Source: Eledone cirrhosa
Lineage: Eukaryota
Direction of reading: 5' to 3'
Assembly: GCA_964016885.1 (NCBI GenBank)
Contig: OZ024740.1
Location: 304,544,001 to 304,608,000 of the forward strand
DNA: 64,000 nucleotides
The notes below the pieces were generated by a model that worked only from the letters and a program-made list of their open reading frames with translations, had not been told where the DNA came from and made no database searches. Each line of letters begins with the position of its first letter. The stretch's first letter is position 1. Below, one piece after another: positions 14,901 through 32,900 of the stretch. Made by a program: the position numbers and the translations under genes.

Positions 14901-17900
14901 CACTCATTGTTGACCTAAACAGTATCAATAACTACTACCACTACACCCATCTGTTCACTCATTGTTGACTTAAACAGCATCAATAACTGCTACCACTACA
15001 CCCATCTGTTCACTCATTGTTGACCTAAACAGCATCAATAACTACTACCACTACACCCATCTGTTCACTCATTGTTGACATAAACAGCATCAACAACTAC
15101 TACCACTACACCCATCTGTTCACTCATTGTTGACCTAAACAGCATCAATAACTACTACCACTACACCCATCTGTTCACTCAGCGTTGACCTAAACAGCAT
15201 CAATAACTACTACCACTACACCCATCTGTTCACTCATTGTTGACCTAAACAGTATCAATAACTACTACCACTACACCCATCTGTCACTCATTGTTGACCT
15301 AAACAGTATCAATAACTACTACCACTACACCCATCTGTTCACTCATTGATGACCTAAACAGCATCAATAACTACTACCACTACACCCATCTGTTCACTCA
15401 TTGTTGACCTAAACAGTATCAATAACTACTACCACTACACCCATCTGTCACTCATTGTTGACCTAAACAGTATCAATAACTACTACCACTACACCCATCT
15501 GTTCACTCATTGATGACCTAAACAGCATCAATAACTACTACCACTACACCCATCTGTTCACTCAGCGTTGACCTAAACAGCATCAATAACTACTACCACT
15601 ACACCCATCTGTTCACTCATTGTTGACCTAAACAGTATCAATAACTACTACCACTACACCCATCTGTCACTCATTGTTGACCTAAACAGTATCAATAACT
15701 ACTACCACTACACCCATCTGTTCACTCATTGATGACCTAAACAGCATCAATAACTACTACCACTACACCCATCTGTTCACTCATTGTTGACCTAAACAGT
15801 ATCAATAACTACTACCACTACACCCATCTGTCACTCATTGTTGACCTAAACAGTATCAATAACTACTACCACTACACCCATCTGTTCACTCATTGATGAC
15901 CTAAACAGCATCAATAACTACTACCACTACACCCATCTGTTCACTCAGCGTTGACCTAAACAGCATCAATAACTACTACCACTACACCCATCTGTTCACT
16001 CATTGTTGACCTAAACAGTATCAATAACTACTACCACTACACCCATCTGTCACTCATTGTTGACCTAAACAGTATCAATAACTACTACCACTACACCCAT
16101 CTGTTCACTCATTGATGACCTAAACAGCATCAATAACTACTACCACTACACCCATCTGTTCACTCATTGTTGACCTAAACAGTATCAATAACTACTACCA
16201 CTACACCCATCTGTCACTCATTGTTGACCTAAACAGTATCAATAACTACTACCACTACACCCATCTGTTCACTCATTGATGACCTAAACAGCATCAATAA
16301 CTACTACCACTACACCCATCTGTTCACTCATGGTTGACCTAAACAGTATCAATAACTACTACCACTACACCCATCTGTTCACTCATTGTTGACCTAAACA
16401 GCATCAATAACTACTACCACTACACCCATCTGTTCACTCAGCGTTGACCTAAACAGCATCAATAACTACTACCACTACACCCATCTGTTCACTCAGCGTT
16501 GACCTAAACAGCATCAATAACTGCTACCACTACACCCATCTGTCACTCATTGTTGACCTAAACAACATCAACAACTACTACCACTACACCCATCTGTTCA
16601 CTCATTGTTCACCTAAACAGCATCAATAACTACTACCACTAGACCCATCTGTTCAATCATGGTTGACCTAAACAGCATCAATAACTACTACCACTACACC
16701 CATCTGTCACTCATTGTTGACCTAAACAGTATCAATAACTACTACCACTACACCCATCTGTTCAATCATGGTTGACCTAAACAGCATCAATAACTACTAC
16801 CACTACACCCATCTGTTCACTCATTGTTCACCTAAACAGCATCAATAACTACTACCACTACACTCATCTGTTCACTCATTGTTGACCTAAACAGCATCAA
16901 TAACTACTACCACTACACCCATCTGTCACTCATTGTTGACCTAAACAGTATCAATAACTACTACCACTACACCCATCTGTTCACTCATTGTTGACCTAAA
17001 CAGCATCAATAACTACTACCACTACACCCATCTGTTCACTCATTGTTCACCTAAACAGCATCAATAACTACTACCACTACACCCATCTGTTCACTCATTG
17101 TTGACCTAAACAGCATCAATAACTACTACCACTACACCCATCTGTTCACTCATTGTTGACCTAAACAGTATCAATAACTACTACCACTACACCCATCTGT
17201 TCAATCATGGTTGACCTAAACAGCATCAATAACTACTACCACTACACCCATCTGTTCACTCATTGTTGACCTAAACAGCATCAATAACTACTACCACTAC
17301 ACCCATCTGTTCACTCATTGTTGACCTAAACAGCATCAATAACTACTACCACTACACCCATCTGTTCACTCAGCGTTGACCTAAACAGCATCAACAACTA
17401 CTACCACTACACCCATCTGTTCACTCATTGTTGACCTAAACAGCATCAATAACTACTACCACTACACCCATCTGTTCACTCATTGTTGACCTAAACAGCA
17501 TCAATAACTACTACCACTACACCCATCTGTTCAATCATGGTTGACCTAAACAGCATCAATAACTACTACCACTACACCCATCTGTTCACTCATTGTTGAC
17601 CTAAACAGCATCAATAACTACTACCACTACACCCATCTGTTCACTCATTGTTGACCTAAACAGCATCAATAACTGCTACCACTACACCCATCTGTCACTC
17701 ATTGTTCACCTAAACAACATCAATAACTGCTACCACTACACCCATCTGTTCACTCATTGTTGACCTAAACAGCATCAATAACTACTACCACTACACCCAT
17801 CTGTCACTCATTGTTGACCTCAACAGCATCAATAACTACTACCACTACACCCATCTGTCACTCATTGTTGACCTCAACAGCATCAATAACTACTACCACT

Positions 17901-20900
17901 ACACCCATCTGTCACTCATTGTTGACCTAAACAGCATCAATAACTGCTACCACTACACCCATCTGTTCACTCATTGTTGACCTAAACAGTATCAATAACT
18001 ACTACCACTACATCCATCAGTTCACTCAGCGTTGACCTAAACAGCATCAATAACTACTACCACTACACCCATCTGTTCACTCATGGTTGTCCTAAACAGC
18101 ATCAATAACTGCTACCACTACACCCATCTGTTGACTCATGGTTGACCTAAACAGCATCAATAACTGCTACCACTACACCCATCTGTCCACTCATTGTTGA
18201 CCTAAACAGCATCAATAACTACTACCACTACACCCATCTGTTGACTCATGGTTGACCTAAACAGTATCAATAACTACTACCACTACACCCATCTGTCCAC
18301 TCATTGTTGACCTAAACAGCATCAACAACTACTACCACTACACCCATCTGTTCACTCATTGTTGACCTAAACAGCATCAATAACTACTACCACTACACCC
18401 ATCTGTCACTCATTGTTGACCTAAACAGCATCAATAACTACTACCACTACACCCATCTGTTGACTCAGGGTTGACCTAAACAGTATCAATAACTACTACC
18501 ACTACACCCATCTGTTCACTCATTGTTGACCTAAACAGCATCAATAACTACTACCACTACACCCATCTGTTCACTAATGGTTGACCTAAATAGCATCAAT
18601 AACTACTACCACTACACCCATCTGCTCACTCATGGTTGACCTAAATAGCATCAATAACTACTACCACTACACCCATCTGTTCACTCATTGTTGACCTAAA
18701 CAGCATCAATAACTGCTACCACTACACCCATCAGTTCACTCATTGTTGACCTAAACAGCATCAACAACTACTACCACTACACCCATCTGTTCACTCATTG
18801 TTGACCTAAACAGTATCAATAACTGCTACCACTACACCCATCAGTTCACTCATTGTTGACCTAAACAGCATCAATAACTACTACCACTACACCCATCTGT
18901 TCACTCATTGTTGACCTAAACAGCATAAATAACTACTACCACTACACCCATCTGTTCACTCAGCGTTGACCTAAACAGCATCAATAACTACTACCACTAC
19001 ACCCATCTGTTCACTCAGCGTTGACCTAAACAGCATCAATAACTACTACCACTACACCCATCTGTTCACTCATTGTTGACCTAAACAGCATCAATAACTG
19101 CTACCACTACACCCATCAGTTCACTCATTGTTGACCTAAACAGCATCAACAACTACTACCACTACACCCATCTGTTCACTCATTGTTGACCTAAACAGTA
19201 TCAATAACTGCTACCACTACACCCATCAGTTCACTCATTGTTGACCTAAACAGCATCAATAACTACTACCACTACACCCATCTGTTCACTCATTGTTGAC
19301 CTAAACAGCATAAATAACTACTACCACTACACCCATCTGTTCACTCAGCGTTGACCTAAACAGCATCAATAACTACTACCACTACACCCATCTGTTCACT
19401 CAGCGTTGACCTAAACAGCATCAATAACTACTACCACTACACCCATCTGTTCACTCAGCGTTGACCTAAACAGCATCAATAACTGCTACCACTACACCCA
19501 TCTGTCACTCATTGTTGACCTAAACAGCATCAACAACTACTACCACTACACCCATCTGTTCACTCATTGTTCACCTAAACAGCATCAATAACTACTACCA
19601 CTACACCCATCTGTTCACTCATTGTTTACCTAAACAGCATCAATAACTACTACCACTACACCCATCTGTTCACTCATGGTTGACCTAAACAGCATCAATA
19701 ACTACTACCACTACACCCATCTGTTCACTCATTGTTGACCTAAACAGCATCAATAACTACTACCACTACACCCATCTGTTCACTCATTGTTGACCTAAAC
19801 AGCATCAATAACTACTACCACTACACCCATCTGTTCACTCATGGTTGACCTAAACAGCATCAATAACTACTACCACTACACCCATCTGTTCACTCATTGT
19901 TGACCTAAACAGCATCAATAACTACTACCACTACACCCATCTGTTCACTCATTGTTGACCTAAACAGCATCAATAACTACTACCACTACACCCATCTGTT
20001 CACTCATTGTTGACCTAAACAGCATCAATAACTACTACCACTACACCCATCTGTTCACTCATTGTTGACCTAAACAGCATCAATAACTACTACCACTACA
20101 CCCATCTGTTCACTCATTGTTGACCTAAACAGCATCAATAACTACTACCACTACATCCATCTGTTCACTCATTGTTGACCTAAACAGCATCAATAACTAC
20201 TACCACTACACCCATCTGTTCACTCATTGTTGACCTAAACAGCATCAATAACTACTACCACTACACCCATCTGTTCACTCATTGTTGACTTAAACAGCAT
20301 CAATAACTGCTACCATTACACCCATCTGTTCACTCATTGTTGACCTAAACAGCATCAATAACTACTACCACTACATCCATCTGTTCACTCATTGTTGACC
20401 TAAACAGTATCAATAACTACTACCACTACACCCATCTGTTCACTCATTGTTGACTTAAACAGCATCAATAACTGCTACCACTACACCCATCTGTTCACTC
20501 ATTGTTGACCTAAACAGCATCAATAACTACTACCACTACACCCATCTGTTCACTCATTGTTGACCTAAACAGCATCAATAACTACTACCACTACACCCAT
20601 CTGTTCACTCAGCGTTGACCTAAACAGCATCAATAACTACTACCACTACACCCATCTGTTCACTCATTGTTAACCTAAACAGCATCAATAACTACTACCA
20701 CTACACCCATCTGTTCACTCAGCGTTGACCTAAACAGCATCAATAACTACTACCACTACACCCATCTGTTCACTCAGCGTTGACCTAAACAGCATCAATA
20801 ACTGCTACCACTACACCCATCTGTCACTCATTGTTGACCTAAACAGCATCAACAACTACTACCACTACACCCATCTGTTCACTCATTGTTCACCTAAACA

Positions 20901-23900
20901 GCATCAATAACTACTACCACTAGACCCATCTGTTCAATCATGGTTGACCTAAACAGCATCAATAACTACTACCACTACACCCATCTGTTCACTCATTGTT
21001 GACCTAAACAGCATCAATAACTACTACCACTACACCCATCTGTTCACTCATTGTTCACCTAAACAGCATCAATAACTACTACCACTACACCCATCTGTTC
21101 ACTCATGGTTGACCTAAACAGCATCAATAACTACTACCACTACACTCATCTGTTCACTCATTGTTGACCTAAACAGCATCAATAACTACTACCTCTACAC
21201 CCATCTGTCACTCATTGTTGACCTAAACAGTATCAATAACTACTACCACTACACCCATCTGTTCACTCATTGTTGACCTAAACAGCATCAATAACTACTA
21301 CCACTACACCCATCTGTTCACTCATTGTTGACCTAAACAGCATCAATAACTGCTACCACTACACCCATCAGTTCACTCATTGTTGACCTAAACAGCATCA
21401 ACAACTACTACCACTACACCCATCTGTTCACTCATTGTTGACCTAAACAGTATCAATAACTGCTACCACTACACCCATCAGTTCACTCATTGTTGACCTA
21501 AACAGCATCAATAACTACTACCACTACACCCATCTGTTCACTCATTGTTGACCTAAACAGCATAAATAACTACTACCACTACACCCATCTGTTCACTCAG
21601 CGTTGACCTAAACAGCATCAATAACTACTACCACTACACCCATCTGTTCACTCAGCGTTGACCTAAACAGCATCAATAACTACTACCACTACACCCATCT
21701 GTTCACTCAGCGTTGACCTAAACAGCATCAATAACTGCTACCACTACACCCATCTGTCACTCATTGTTGACCTAAACAGCATCAACAACTACTACCACTA
21801 CACCCATCTGTTCACTCATTGTTCACCTAAACAGCATCAATAACTACTACCACTACACCCATCTGTTCACTCATTGTTTACCTAAACAGCATCAATAACT
21901 ACTACCACTACACCCATCTGTTCACTCATGGTTGACCTAAACAGCATCAATAACTACTACCACTACACCCATCTGTTCACTCATTGTTGACCTAAACAGC
22001 ATCAATAACTACTACCACTACACCCATCTGTTCACTCATTGTTGACCTAAACAGCATCAATAACTACTACCACTACACCCATCTGTTCACTCATGGTTGA
22101 CCTAAACAGCATCAATAACTACTACCACTACACCCATCTGTTCACTCATTGTTGACCTAAACAGCATCAATAACTACTACCACTACACCCATCTGTTCAC
22201 TCATTGTTGACCTAAACAGCATCAATAACTACTACCACTACACCCATCTGTTCACTCATTGTTGACCTAAACAGCATCAATAACTACTACCACTACACCC
22301 ATCTGTTCACTCATTGTTGACCTAAACAGCATCAATAACTACTACCACTACACCCATCTGTTCACTCATTGTTGACCTAAACAGCATCAATAACTACTAC
22401 CACTACATCCATCTGTTCACTCATTGTTGACCTAAACAGCATCAATAACTACTACCACTACACCCATCTGTTCACTCATTGTTGACCTAAACAGCATCAA
22501 TAACTACTACCACTACACCCATCTGTTCACTCATTGTTGACTTAAACAGCATCAATAACTGCTACCATTACACCCATCTGTTCACTCATTGTTGACCTAA
22601 ACAGCATCAATAACTACTACCACTACATCCATCTGTTCACTCATTGTTGACCTAAACAGTATCAATAACTACTACCACTACACCCATCTGTTCACTCATT
22701 GTTGACTTAAACAGCATCAATAACTGCTACCACTACACCCATCTGTTCACTCATTGTTGACCTAAACAGCATCAATAACTACTACCACTACACCCATCTG
22801 TTCACTCATTGTTGACCTAAACAGCATCAATAACTACTACCACTACACCCATCTGTTCACTCAGCGTTGACCTAAACAGCATCAATAACTACTACCACTA
22901 CACCCATCTGTTCACTCATTGTTAACCTAAACAGCATCAATAACTACTACCACTACACCCATCTGTTCACTCAGCGTTGACCTAAACAGCATCAATAACT
23001 ACTACCACTACACCCATCTGTTCACTCAGCGTTGACCTAAACAGCATCAATAACTGCTACCACTACACCCATCTGTCACTCATTGTTGACCTAAACAGCA
23101 TCAACAACTACTACCACTACACCCATCTGTTCACTCATTGTTCACCTAAACAGCATCAATAACTACTACCACTAGACCCATCTGTTCAATCATGGTTGAC
23201 CTAAACAGCATCAATAACTACTACCACTACACCCATCTGTTCACTCATTGTTGACCTAAACAGCATCAATAACTACTACCACTACACCCATCTGTTCACT
23301 CATTGTTCACCTAAACAGCATCAATAACTACTACCACTACACCCATCTGTTCACTCATGGTTGACCTAAACAGCATCAATAACTACTACCACTACACTCA
23401 TCTGTTCACTCATTGTTGACCTAAACAGCATCAATAACTACTACCTCTACACCCATCTGTCACTCATTGTTGACCTAAACAGTATCAATAACTACTACCA
23501 CTACACCCATCTGTTCACTCATTGTTGACCTAAACAGCATCAATAACTACTACCACTACACCCATCTGTTCACTCATTGTTGACCTAAACAGCATCAATA
23601 ACTACTACCACTACACCCATCTGTTCACTCATTGTTCACCTAAACAGCATCAATAACTACTACCACTACACCCATCTGTTCACTCATGGTTGACCTAAAC
23701 AGCATCAATAACTACTACCACTACACTCATCTGTTCACTCATTGTTGACCTAAACAGCATCAATAACTACTACCACTACACCCATCTGTTCACTCATTGT
23801 TGACCTAAACAGCATCAACAACTACTACCACTACACCCATCTGTTCACTCATTGTTCACCTAAACAGCATCAATAACTACTACCACTACACCCATCTGTT

Positions 23901-26900
23901 CACTCATTGTTGACCTAAACAGCATCAATAACTACTACCACTACACCCATCTGTTCACTCATTGTTGACCTAAACAGTATCAATAACTACTACCACTACA
24001 CCCATCTGTTCACTCATTGTTGACCTAAACAGTATCAATAACTACTACCACTACACCCATCTGTTCAATCATGGTTGACCTAAACAGCATCAATAACTAC
24101 TACCACTACACCCATCTGTCACTCATTGTTGACCTAAACAGTATCAATAACTACTACCACTACACCCATCTGTTCAATCATGGTTGACCGAAACAGTATC
24201 AATAACTACTACCACTACACCCATCTGTTCACTCATTGTTGACCTAAACAGTATCAATAACTACTACCACTACATCCATCAGTTCACTCATTGTTGACCT
24301 AAACAGCATCAATAACTACTACCACTACACCCATCTGTTCACTCATTGTTGACCTAAACAGCATAAATAACTACTACCACTACACCCATCTGTTCACTCA
24401 GCGTTGACCTAAACAGCATCAATAACTACTACCACTACACCCATCTGTTCACTCAGCGTTGACCTAAACAGCATCAATAACTGCTACCACTACACCCATC
24501 TGTCACTCATTGTTGACCTAAACAGCATCAACAACTACTACCACTACACCCATCTGTTCACTCATTGTTCACCTAAACAGCATCAATAACTACTACCACT
24601 ACACCCATCTGTTCACTCATTGTTTACCTAAACAGCATCAATAACTACTACCACTACACCCATCTGTTCACTCATTGTTGACCTAAACAGCATCAATAAC
24701 TACTACCACTACACCCATCTGTTCACTCATTGTTGACCTAAACAGCATCAATAACTACTACCACTACACCCATCTGTTCACTCAGCGTTGACCTAAACAG
24801 CATCAATAACTACTACCACTACACCCATCTGTTCACTCAGCGTTGACCTAAACAGCATCAATAACTGCTACCACTACACCCATCTGTCACTCATTGTTGA
24901 CCTAAACAGCATCAACAACTACTACCACTACACCCATCTGTTCACTCATTGTTCACCTAAACAGCATCAATAACTACTACCACTACACCCATCTGTTCAC
25001 TCATTGTTTACCTAAACAGCATCAATAACTACTACCACTACACCCATCTGTTCACTCATGGTTGACCTAAACAGCATCAATAACTACTACCACTACACCC
25101 ATCTGTTCACTCATTGTTGACCTAAACAGCATCAATAACTACTACCACTACACCCATCTGTTCACTCATTGTTGACCTAAACAGCATCAATAACTACTAC
25201 CACTACACCCATCTGTTCACTCATGGTTGACCTAAACAGCATCAATAACTACTACCACTACACCCATCTGTTCACTCATTGTTGACCTAAACAGCATCAA
25301 TAACTACTACCACTACACCCATCTGTTCACTCATTGTTGACCTAAACAGCATCAATAACTACTACCACTACACCCATCTGTTCACTCATTGTTGACCTAA
25401 ACAGCATCAATAACTACTACCACTACACCCATCTGTTCACTCATTGTTGACCTAAACAGCATCAATAACTACTACCACTACACCCATCTGTTCACTCATT
25501 GTTGACCTAAACAGCATCAATAACTACTACCACTACATCCATCTGTTCGCTCATTGTTGACCTAAACAGCATCAATAACTACTACCACTACACCCATCTG
25601 TTCACTCATTGTTGACCTAAACAGCATCAATAACTACTACCACTACACCCATCTGTTCACTCATTGTTGACTTAAACAGCATCAATAACTGCTACCATTA
25701 CACCCATCTGTTCACTCATTGTTGACCTAAACAGCATCAATAACTACTACCACTACATCCATCTGTTCACTCATTGTTGACCTAAACAGCATCAATAACT
25801 ACTACCACTAGACCCATCTGTTCAATCATGGTTGACCTAAACAGCATCAATAACTACTACCACTACACCCATCTGTCACTCATTGTTGACCTAAACAGTA
25901 TCAATAACTACTACCACTACACCCATCTGTTCAATCATGGTTGACCTAAACAGCATCAATAACTACTACCACTACACCCATCTGTTCACTCATTGTTCAC
26001 CTAAACAGCATCAATAACTACTACCACTACACTCATCTGTTCACTCATTGTTGACCTAAACAGCATCAATAACTACTACCACTACACCCATCTGTCACTC
26101 ATTGTTGACCTCAACAGCATCAATAACTACTACCACTACACCCATCTGTCACTCATTGTTGACCTCAACAGCATCAATAACTACTACCACTACACCCATC
26201 TGTTCAATCATGGTTGACCTAAACAGCATCAATAACTACTACCACTACACCCATCTGTTCACTCATTGTTGACCTAAACAGCATCAATAACTACTACCAC
26301 TACACCCATCTGTTCACTCATTGTTGACCTAAACAGCATCAATAACTGCTACCACTACACCCATCTGTCACTCATTGTTCACCTAAACAACATCAATAAC
26401 TGCTACCACTACACCCATCTGTTCACTCATTGTTGACCTAAACAGCATCAATAACTACTACCACTACACCCATCTGTCACTCATTGTTGACCTCAACAGC
26501 ATCAATAACTACTACCACTACACCCATCTGTCACTCATTGTTGACCTCAACAGCATCAATAACTACTACCACTACACCCATCTGTCATTCATTGTTGACC
26601 TAAACAGCATCAATAACTGCTACCACTACACCCATCTGTTCACTCATTGTTGACCTAAACAGTATCAATAACTACTACCACTACATCCATCAGTTCACTC
26701 AGCGTTGACCTAAACAGCATCAATAACTACTACCACTACACCCATCTGTTCACTCATGGTTGACCTAAACAGCATCAATAACTGCTACCACTACACCCAT
26801 CTGTTGACTCATGGTTGACCTAAACAGCATCAATAACTGCTACCACTACACCCATCTGTCCACTCATTGTTGACCTAAACAGCATCAATAACTACTACCA

Positions 26901-29900
26901 CTACACCCATCTGTTGACTCATGGTTGACCTAAACAGTATCAATAACTACTACCACTACACCCATCTGTCCACTCATTGTTGACCTAAACAGCATCAACA
27001 ACTACTACCACTACACCCATCTGTTCACTCATTGTTGACCTAAACAGCATCAATAACTACTACCACTACACCCATCTGTCACTCATTGTTGACCTAAACA
27101 GCATCAATAACTACTACCACTACACCCATCTGTTGACCCAGGGTTGACCTAAACAGTATCAATAACTACTACCACTACACCCATCTGTTCACTCATTGTT
27201 GACCTAAACAGCATCAATAACTACTACCACTACACCCATCTGTTCACTAATGGTTGACCTAAATAGCATCAATAACTACTACCACTACACCCATCTGCTC
27301 ACTCATGGTTGACCTAAATAGCATCAATAACTACTACCACTACACCCATCTGTTCACTCATTGTTGACCTAAACAGCATCAATAACTGCTACCACTACAC
27401 CCATCAGTTCACTCATTGTTGACCTAAACAGCATCAACAACTACTACCACTACACCCATCTGTTCACTCATTGTTGACCTAAACAGTATCAATAACTGCT
27501 ACCACTACACCCATCAGTTCACTCATTGTTGACCTAAACAGCATCAATAACTACTACCACTACACCCATCTGTTCACTCATTGTTGACCTAAACAGCATA
27601 AATAACTACTACCACTACACCCATCTGTTCACTCAGCGTTGACCTAAACAGCATCAATAACTACTACCACTACACCCATCTGTTCACTCAGCGTTGACCT
27701 AAACAGCATCAATAACTACTACCACTACACCCATCTGTTCACTCATTGTTGACCTAAACAGCATCAATAACTGCTACCACTACACCCATCAGTTCACTCA
27801 TTGTTGACCTAAACAGCATCAACAACTACTACCACTACACCCATCTGTTCACTCATTGTTGACCTAAACAGTATCAATAACTGCTACCACTACACCCATC
27901 AGTTCACTCATTGTTGACCTAAACAGCATCAATAACTACTACCACTACACCCATCTGTTCACTCATTGTTGACCTAAACAGCATAAATAACTACTACCAC
28001 TACACCCATCTGTTCACTCAGCGTTGACCTAAACAGCATCAATAACTACTACCACTACACCCATCTGTTCACTCAGCGTTGACCTAAACAGCATCAATAA
28101 CTACTACCACTACACCCATCTGTTCACTCAGCGTTGACCTAAACAGCATCAATAACTGCTACCACTACACCCATCTGTCACTCATTGTTGACCTAAACAG
28201 CATCAACAACTACTACCACTACACCCATCTGTTCACTCATTGTTCACCTAAACAGCATCAATAACTACTACCACTACACCCATCTGTTCACTCATTGTTT
28301 ACCTAAACAGCATCAATAACTACTACCACTACACCCATCTGTTCACTCATGGTTGACCTAAACAGCATCAATAACTACTACCACTACACCCATCTGTTCA
28401 CTCATTGTTGACCTAAACAGCATCAATAACTACTACCACTACACCCATCTGTTCACTCATTGTTGACCTAAACAGCATCAATAACTACTACCACTACACC
28501 CATCTGTTCACTCATGGTTGACCTAAACAGCATCAATAACTACTACCACTACACCCATCTGTTCACTCATTGTTGACCTAAACAGCATCAATAACTACTA
28601 CCACTACACCCATCTGTTCACTCATTGTTGACCTAAACAGCATCAATAACTACTACCACTACACCCATCTGTTCACTCATTGTTGACCTAAACAGCATCA
28701 ATAACTACTACCACTACACCCATCTGTTCACTCATTGTTGACCTAAACAGCATCAATAACTACTACCACTACACCCATCTGTTCACTCATTGTTGACCTA
28801 AACAGCATCAATAACTACTACCACTACATCCATCTGTTCACTCATTGTTGACCTAAACAGCATCAATAACTACTACCACTACACCCATCTGTTCACTCAT
28901 TGTTGACCTAAACAGCATCAATAACTACTACCACTACACCCATCTGTTCACTCATTGTTGACTTAAACAGCATCAATAACTGCTACCATTACACCCATCT
29001 GTTCACTCATTGTTGACCTAAACAGCATCAATAACTACTACCACTACATCCATCTGTTCACTCATTGTTGACCTAAACAGTATCAATAACTACTACCACT
29101 ACACCCATCTGTTCACTCATTGTTGACTTAAACAGCATCAATAACTGCTACCACTACACCCATCTGTTCACTCATTGTTGACCTAAACAGCATCAATAAC
29201 TACTACCACTACACCCATCTGTTCACTCATTGTTGACATAAACAGCATCAACAACTACTACCACTACACCCATCTGTTCACTCAGCGTTGACCTAAACAG
29301 CATCAATAACTACTACCACTACACCCATCTGTTCACTCATTGTTGACCTAAACAGTATCAATAACTACTACCACTACACCCATCTGTCACTCATTGTTGA
29401 CCTAAACAGTATCAATAACTACTACCACTACACCCATCTGTTCACTCATTGATGACCTAAACAGCATCAATAACTACTACCACTACACCCATCTGTTCAC
29501 TCATTGTTGACCTAAACAGTATCAATAACTACTACCACTACACCCATCTGTCACTCATTGTTGACCTAAACAGTATCAATAACTACTACCACTACACCCA
29601 TCTGTTCACTCATTGATGACCTAAACAGCATCAATAACTACTACCACTACACCCATCTGTTCACTCAGCGTTGACCTAAACAGCATCAATAACTACTACC
29701 ACTACACCCATCTGTTCACTCATTGTTGACCTAAACAGTATCAATAACTACTACCACTACACCCATCTGTCACTCATTGTTGACCTAAACAGTATCAATA
29801 ACTACTACCACTACACCCATCTGTTCACTCATTGATGACCTAAACAGCATCAATAACTACTACCACTACACCCATCTGTTCACTCATTGTTGACCTAAAC

Positions 29901-32900
29901 AGTATCAATAACTACTACCACTACACCCATCTGTCACTCATTGTTGACCTAAACAGTATCAATAACTACTACCACTACACCCATCTGTTCACTCATTGAT
30001 GACCTAAACAGCATCAATAACTACTACCACTACACCCATCTGTTCACTCAGCGTTGACCTAAACAGCATCAATAACTACTACCACTACACCCATCTGTTC
30101 ACTCATTGTTGACCTAAACAGTATCAATAACTACTACCACTACACCCATCTGTCACTCATTGTTGACCTAAACAGTATCAATAACTACTACCACTACACC
30201 CATCTGTTCACTCATTGATGACCTAAACAGCATCAATAACTACTACCACTACACCCATCTGTTCACTCATTGTTGACCTAAACAGTATCAATAACTACTA
30301 CCACTACACCCATCTGTCACTCATTGTTGACCTAAACAGTATCAATAACTACTACCACTACACCCATCTGTTCACTCATTGATGACCTAAACAGCATCAA
30401 TAACTACTACCACTACACCCATCTGTTCACTCATGGTTGACCTAAACAGTATCAATAACTACTACCACTACACCCATCTGTTCACTCATTGTTGACCTAA
30501 ACAGCATCAATAACTACTACCACTACACCCATCTGTTCACTCAGCGTTGACCTAAACAGCATCAATAACTACTACCACTACACCCATCTGTTCACTCAGC
30601 GTTGACCTAAACAGCATCAATAACTGCTACCACTACACCCATCTGTCACTCATTGTTGACCTAAACAACATCAACAACTACTACCACTACACCCATCTGT
30701 TCACTCATTGTTCACCTAAACAGCATCAATAACTACTACCACTAGACCCATCTGTTCAATCATGGTTGACCTAAACAGCATCAATAACTACTACCACTAC
30801 ACCCATCTGTCACTCATTGTTGACCTAAACAGTATCAATAACTACTACCACTACACCCATCTGTTCAATCATGGTTGACCTAAACAGCATCAATAACTAC
30901 TACCACTACACCCATCTGTTCACTCATTGTTCACCTAAACAGCATCAATAACTACTACCACTACACTCATCTGTTCACTCATTGTTGACCTAAACAGCAT
31001 CAATAACTACTACCACTACACCCATCTGTCACTCATTGTTGACCTAAACAGTATCAATAACTACTACCACTACACCCATCTGTTCACTCATTGTTGACCT
31101 AAACAGCATCAATAACTACTACCACTACACCCATCTGTTCACTCATTGTTCACCTAAACAGCATCAATAACTACTACCACTACACCCATCTGTTCACTCA
31201 TTGTTGACCTAAACAGCATCAATAACTACTACCACTACACCCATCTGTTCACTCATTGTTGACCTAAACAGTATCAATAACTACTACCACTACACCCATC
31301 TGTTCAATCATGGTTGACCTAAACAGCATCAATAACTACTACCACTACACCCATCTGTTCACTCATTGTTGACCTAAACAGCATCAATAACTACTACCAC
31401 TACACCCATCTGTTCACTCATTGTTGACCTAAACAGCATCAATAACTACTACCACTACACCCATCTGTTCACTCAGCGTTGACCTAAACAGCATCAACAA
31501 CTACTACCACTACACCCATCTGTTCACTCATTGTTGACCTAAACAGCATCAATAACTACTACCACTACACCCATCTGTTCACTCATTGTTGACCTAAACA
31601 GCATCAATAACTACTACCACTACACCCATCTGTTCAATCATGGTTGACCTAAACAGCATCAATAACTACTACCACTACACCCATCTGTTCACTCATTGTT
31701 GACCTAAACAGCATCAATAACTACTACCACTACACCCATCTGTTCACTCATTGTTGACCTAAACAGCATCAATAACTGCTACCACTACACCCATCTGTCA
31801 CTCATTGTTCACCTAAACAACATCAATAACTGCTACCACTACACCCATCTGTTCACTCATTGTTGACCTAAACAGCATCAATAACTACTACCACTACACC
31901 CATCTGTCACTCATTGTTGACCTCAACAGCATCAATAACTACTACCACTACACCCATCTGTCACTCATTGTTGACCTCAACAGCATCAATAACTACTACC
32001 ACTACACCCATCTGTCACTCATTGTTGACCTAAACAGCATCAATAACTGCTACCACTACACCCATCTGTTCACTCATTGTTGACCTAAACAGTATCAATA
32101 ACTACTACCACTACATCCATCAGTTCACTCAGCGTTGACCTAAACAGCATCAATAACTACTACCACTACACCCATCTGTTCACTCATGGTTGACCTAAAC
32201 AGCATCAATAACTGCTACCACTACACCCATCTGTTGACTCATGGTTGACCTAAACAGCATCAATAACTGCTACCACTACACCCATCTGTCCACTCATTGT
32301 TGACCTAAACAGCATCAATAACTACTACCACTACACCCATCTGTTGACTCATGGTTGACCTAAACAGTATCAATAACTACTACCACTACACCCATCTGTC
32401 CACTCATTGTTGACCTAAACAGCATCAACAACTACTACCACTACACCCATCTGTTCACTCATTGTTGACCTAAACAGCATCAATAACTACTACCACTACA
32501 CCCATCTGTCACTCATTGTTGACCTAAACAGCATCAATAACTACTACCACTACACCCATCTGTTGACTCAGGGTTGACCTAAACAGTATCAATAACTACT
32601 ACCACTACACCCATCTGTTCACTCATTGTTGACCTAAACAGCATCAATAACTACTACCACTACACCCATCTGTTCACTAATGGTTGACCTAAATAGCATC
32701 AATAACTACTACCACTACACCCATCTGCTCACTCATGGTTGACCTAAATAGCATCAATAACTACTACCACTACACCCATCTGTTCACTCATTGTTGACCT
32801 AAACAGCATCAATAACTGCTACCACTACACCCATCAGTTCACTCATTGTTGACCTAAACAGCATCAACAACTACTACCACTACACCCATCTGTTCACTCA

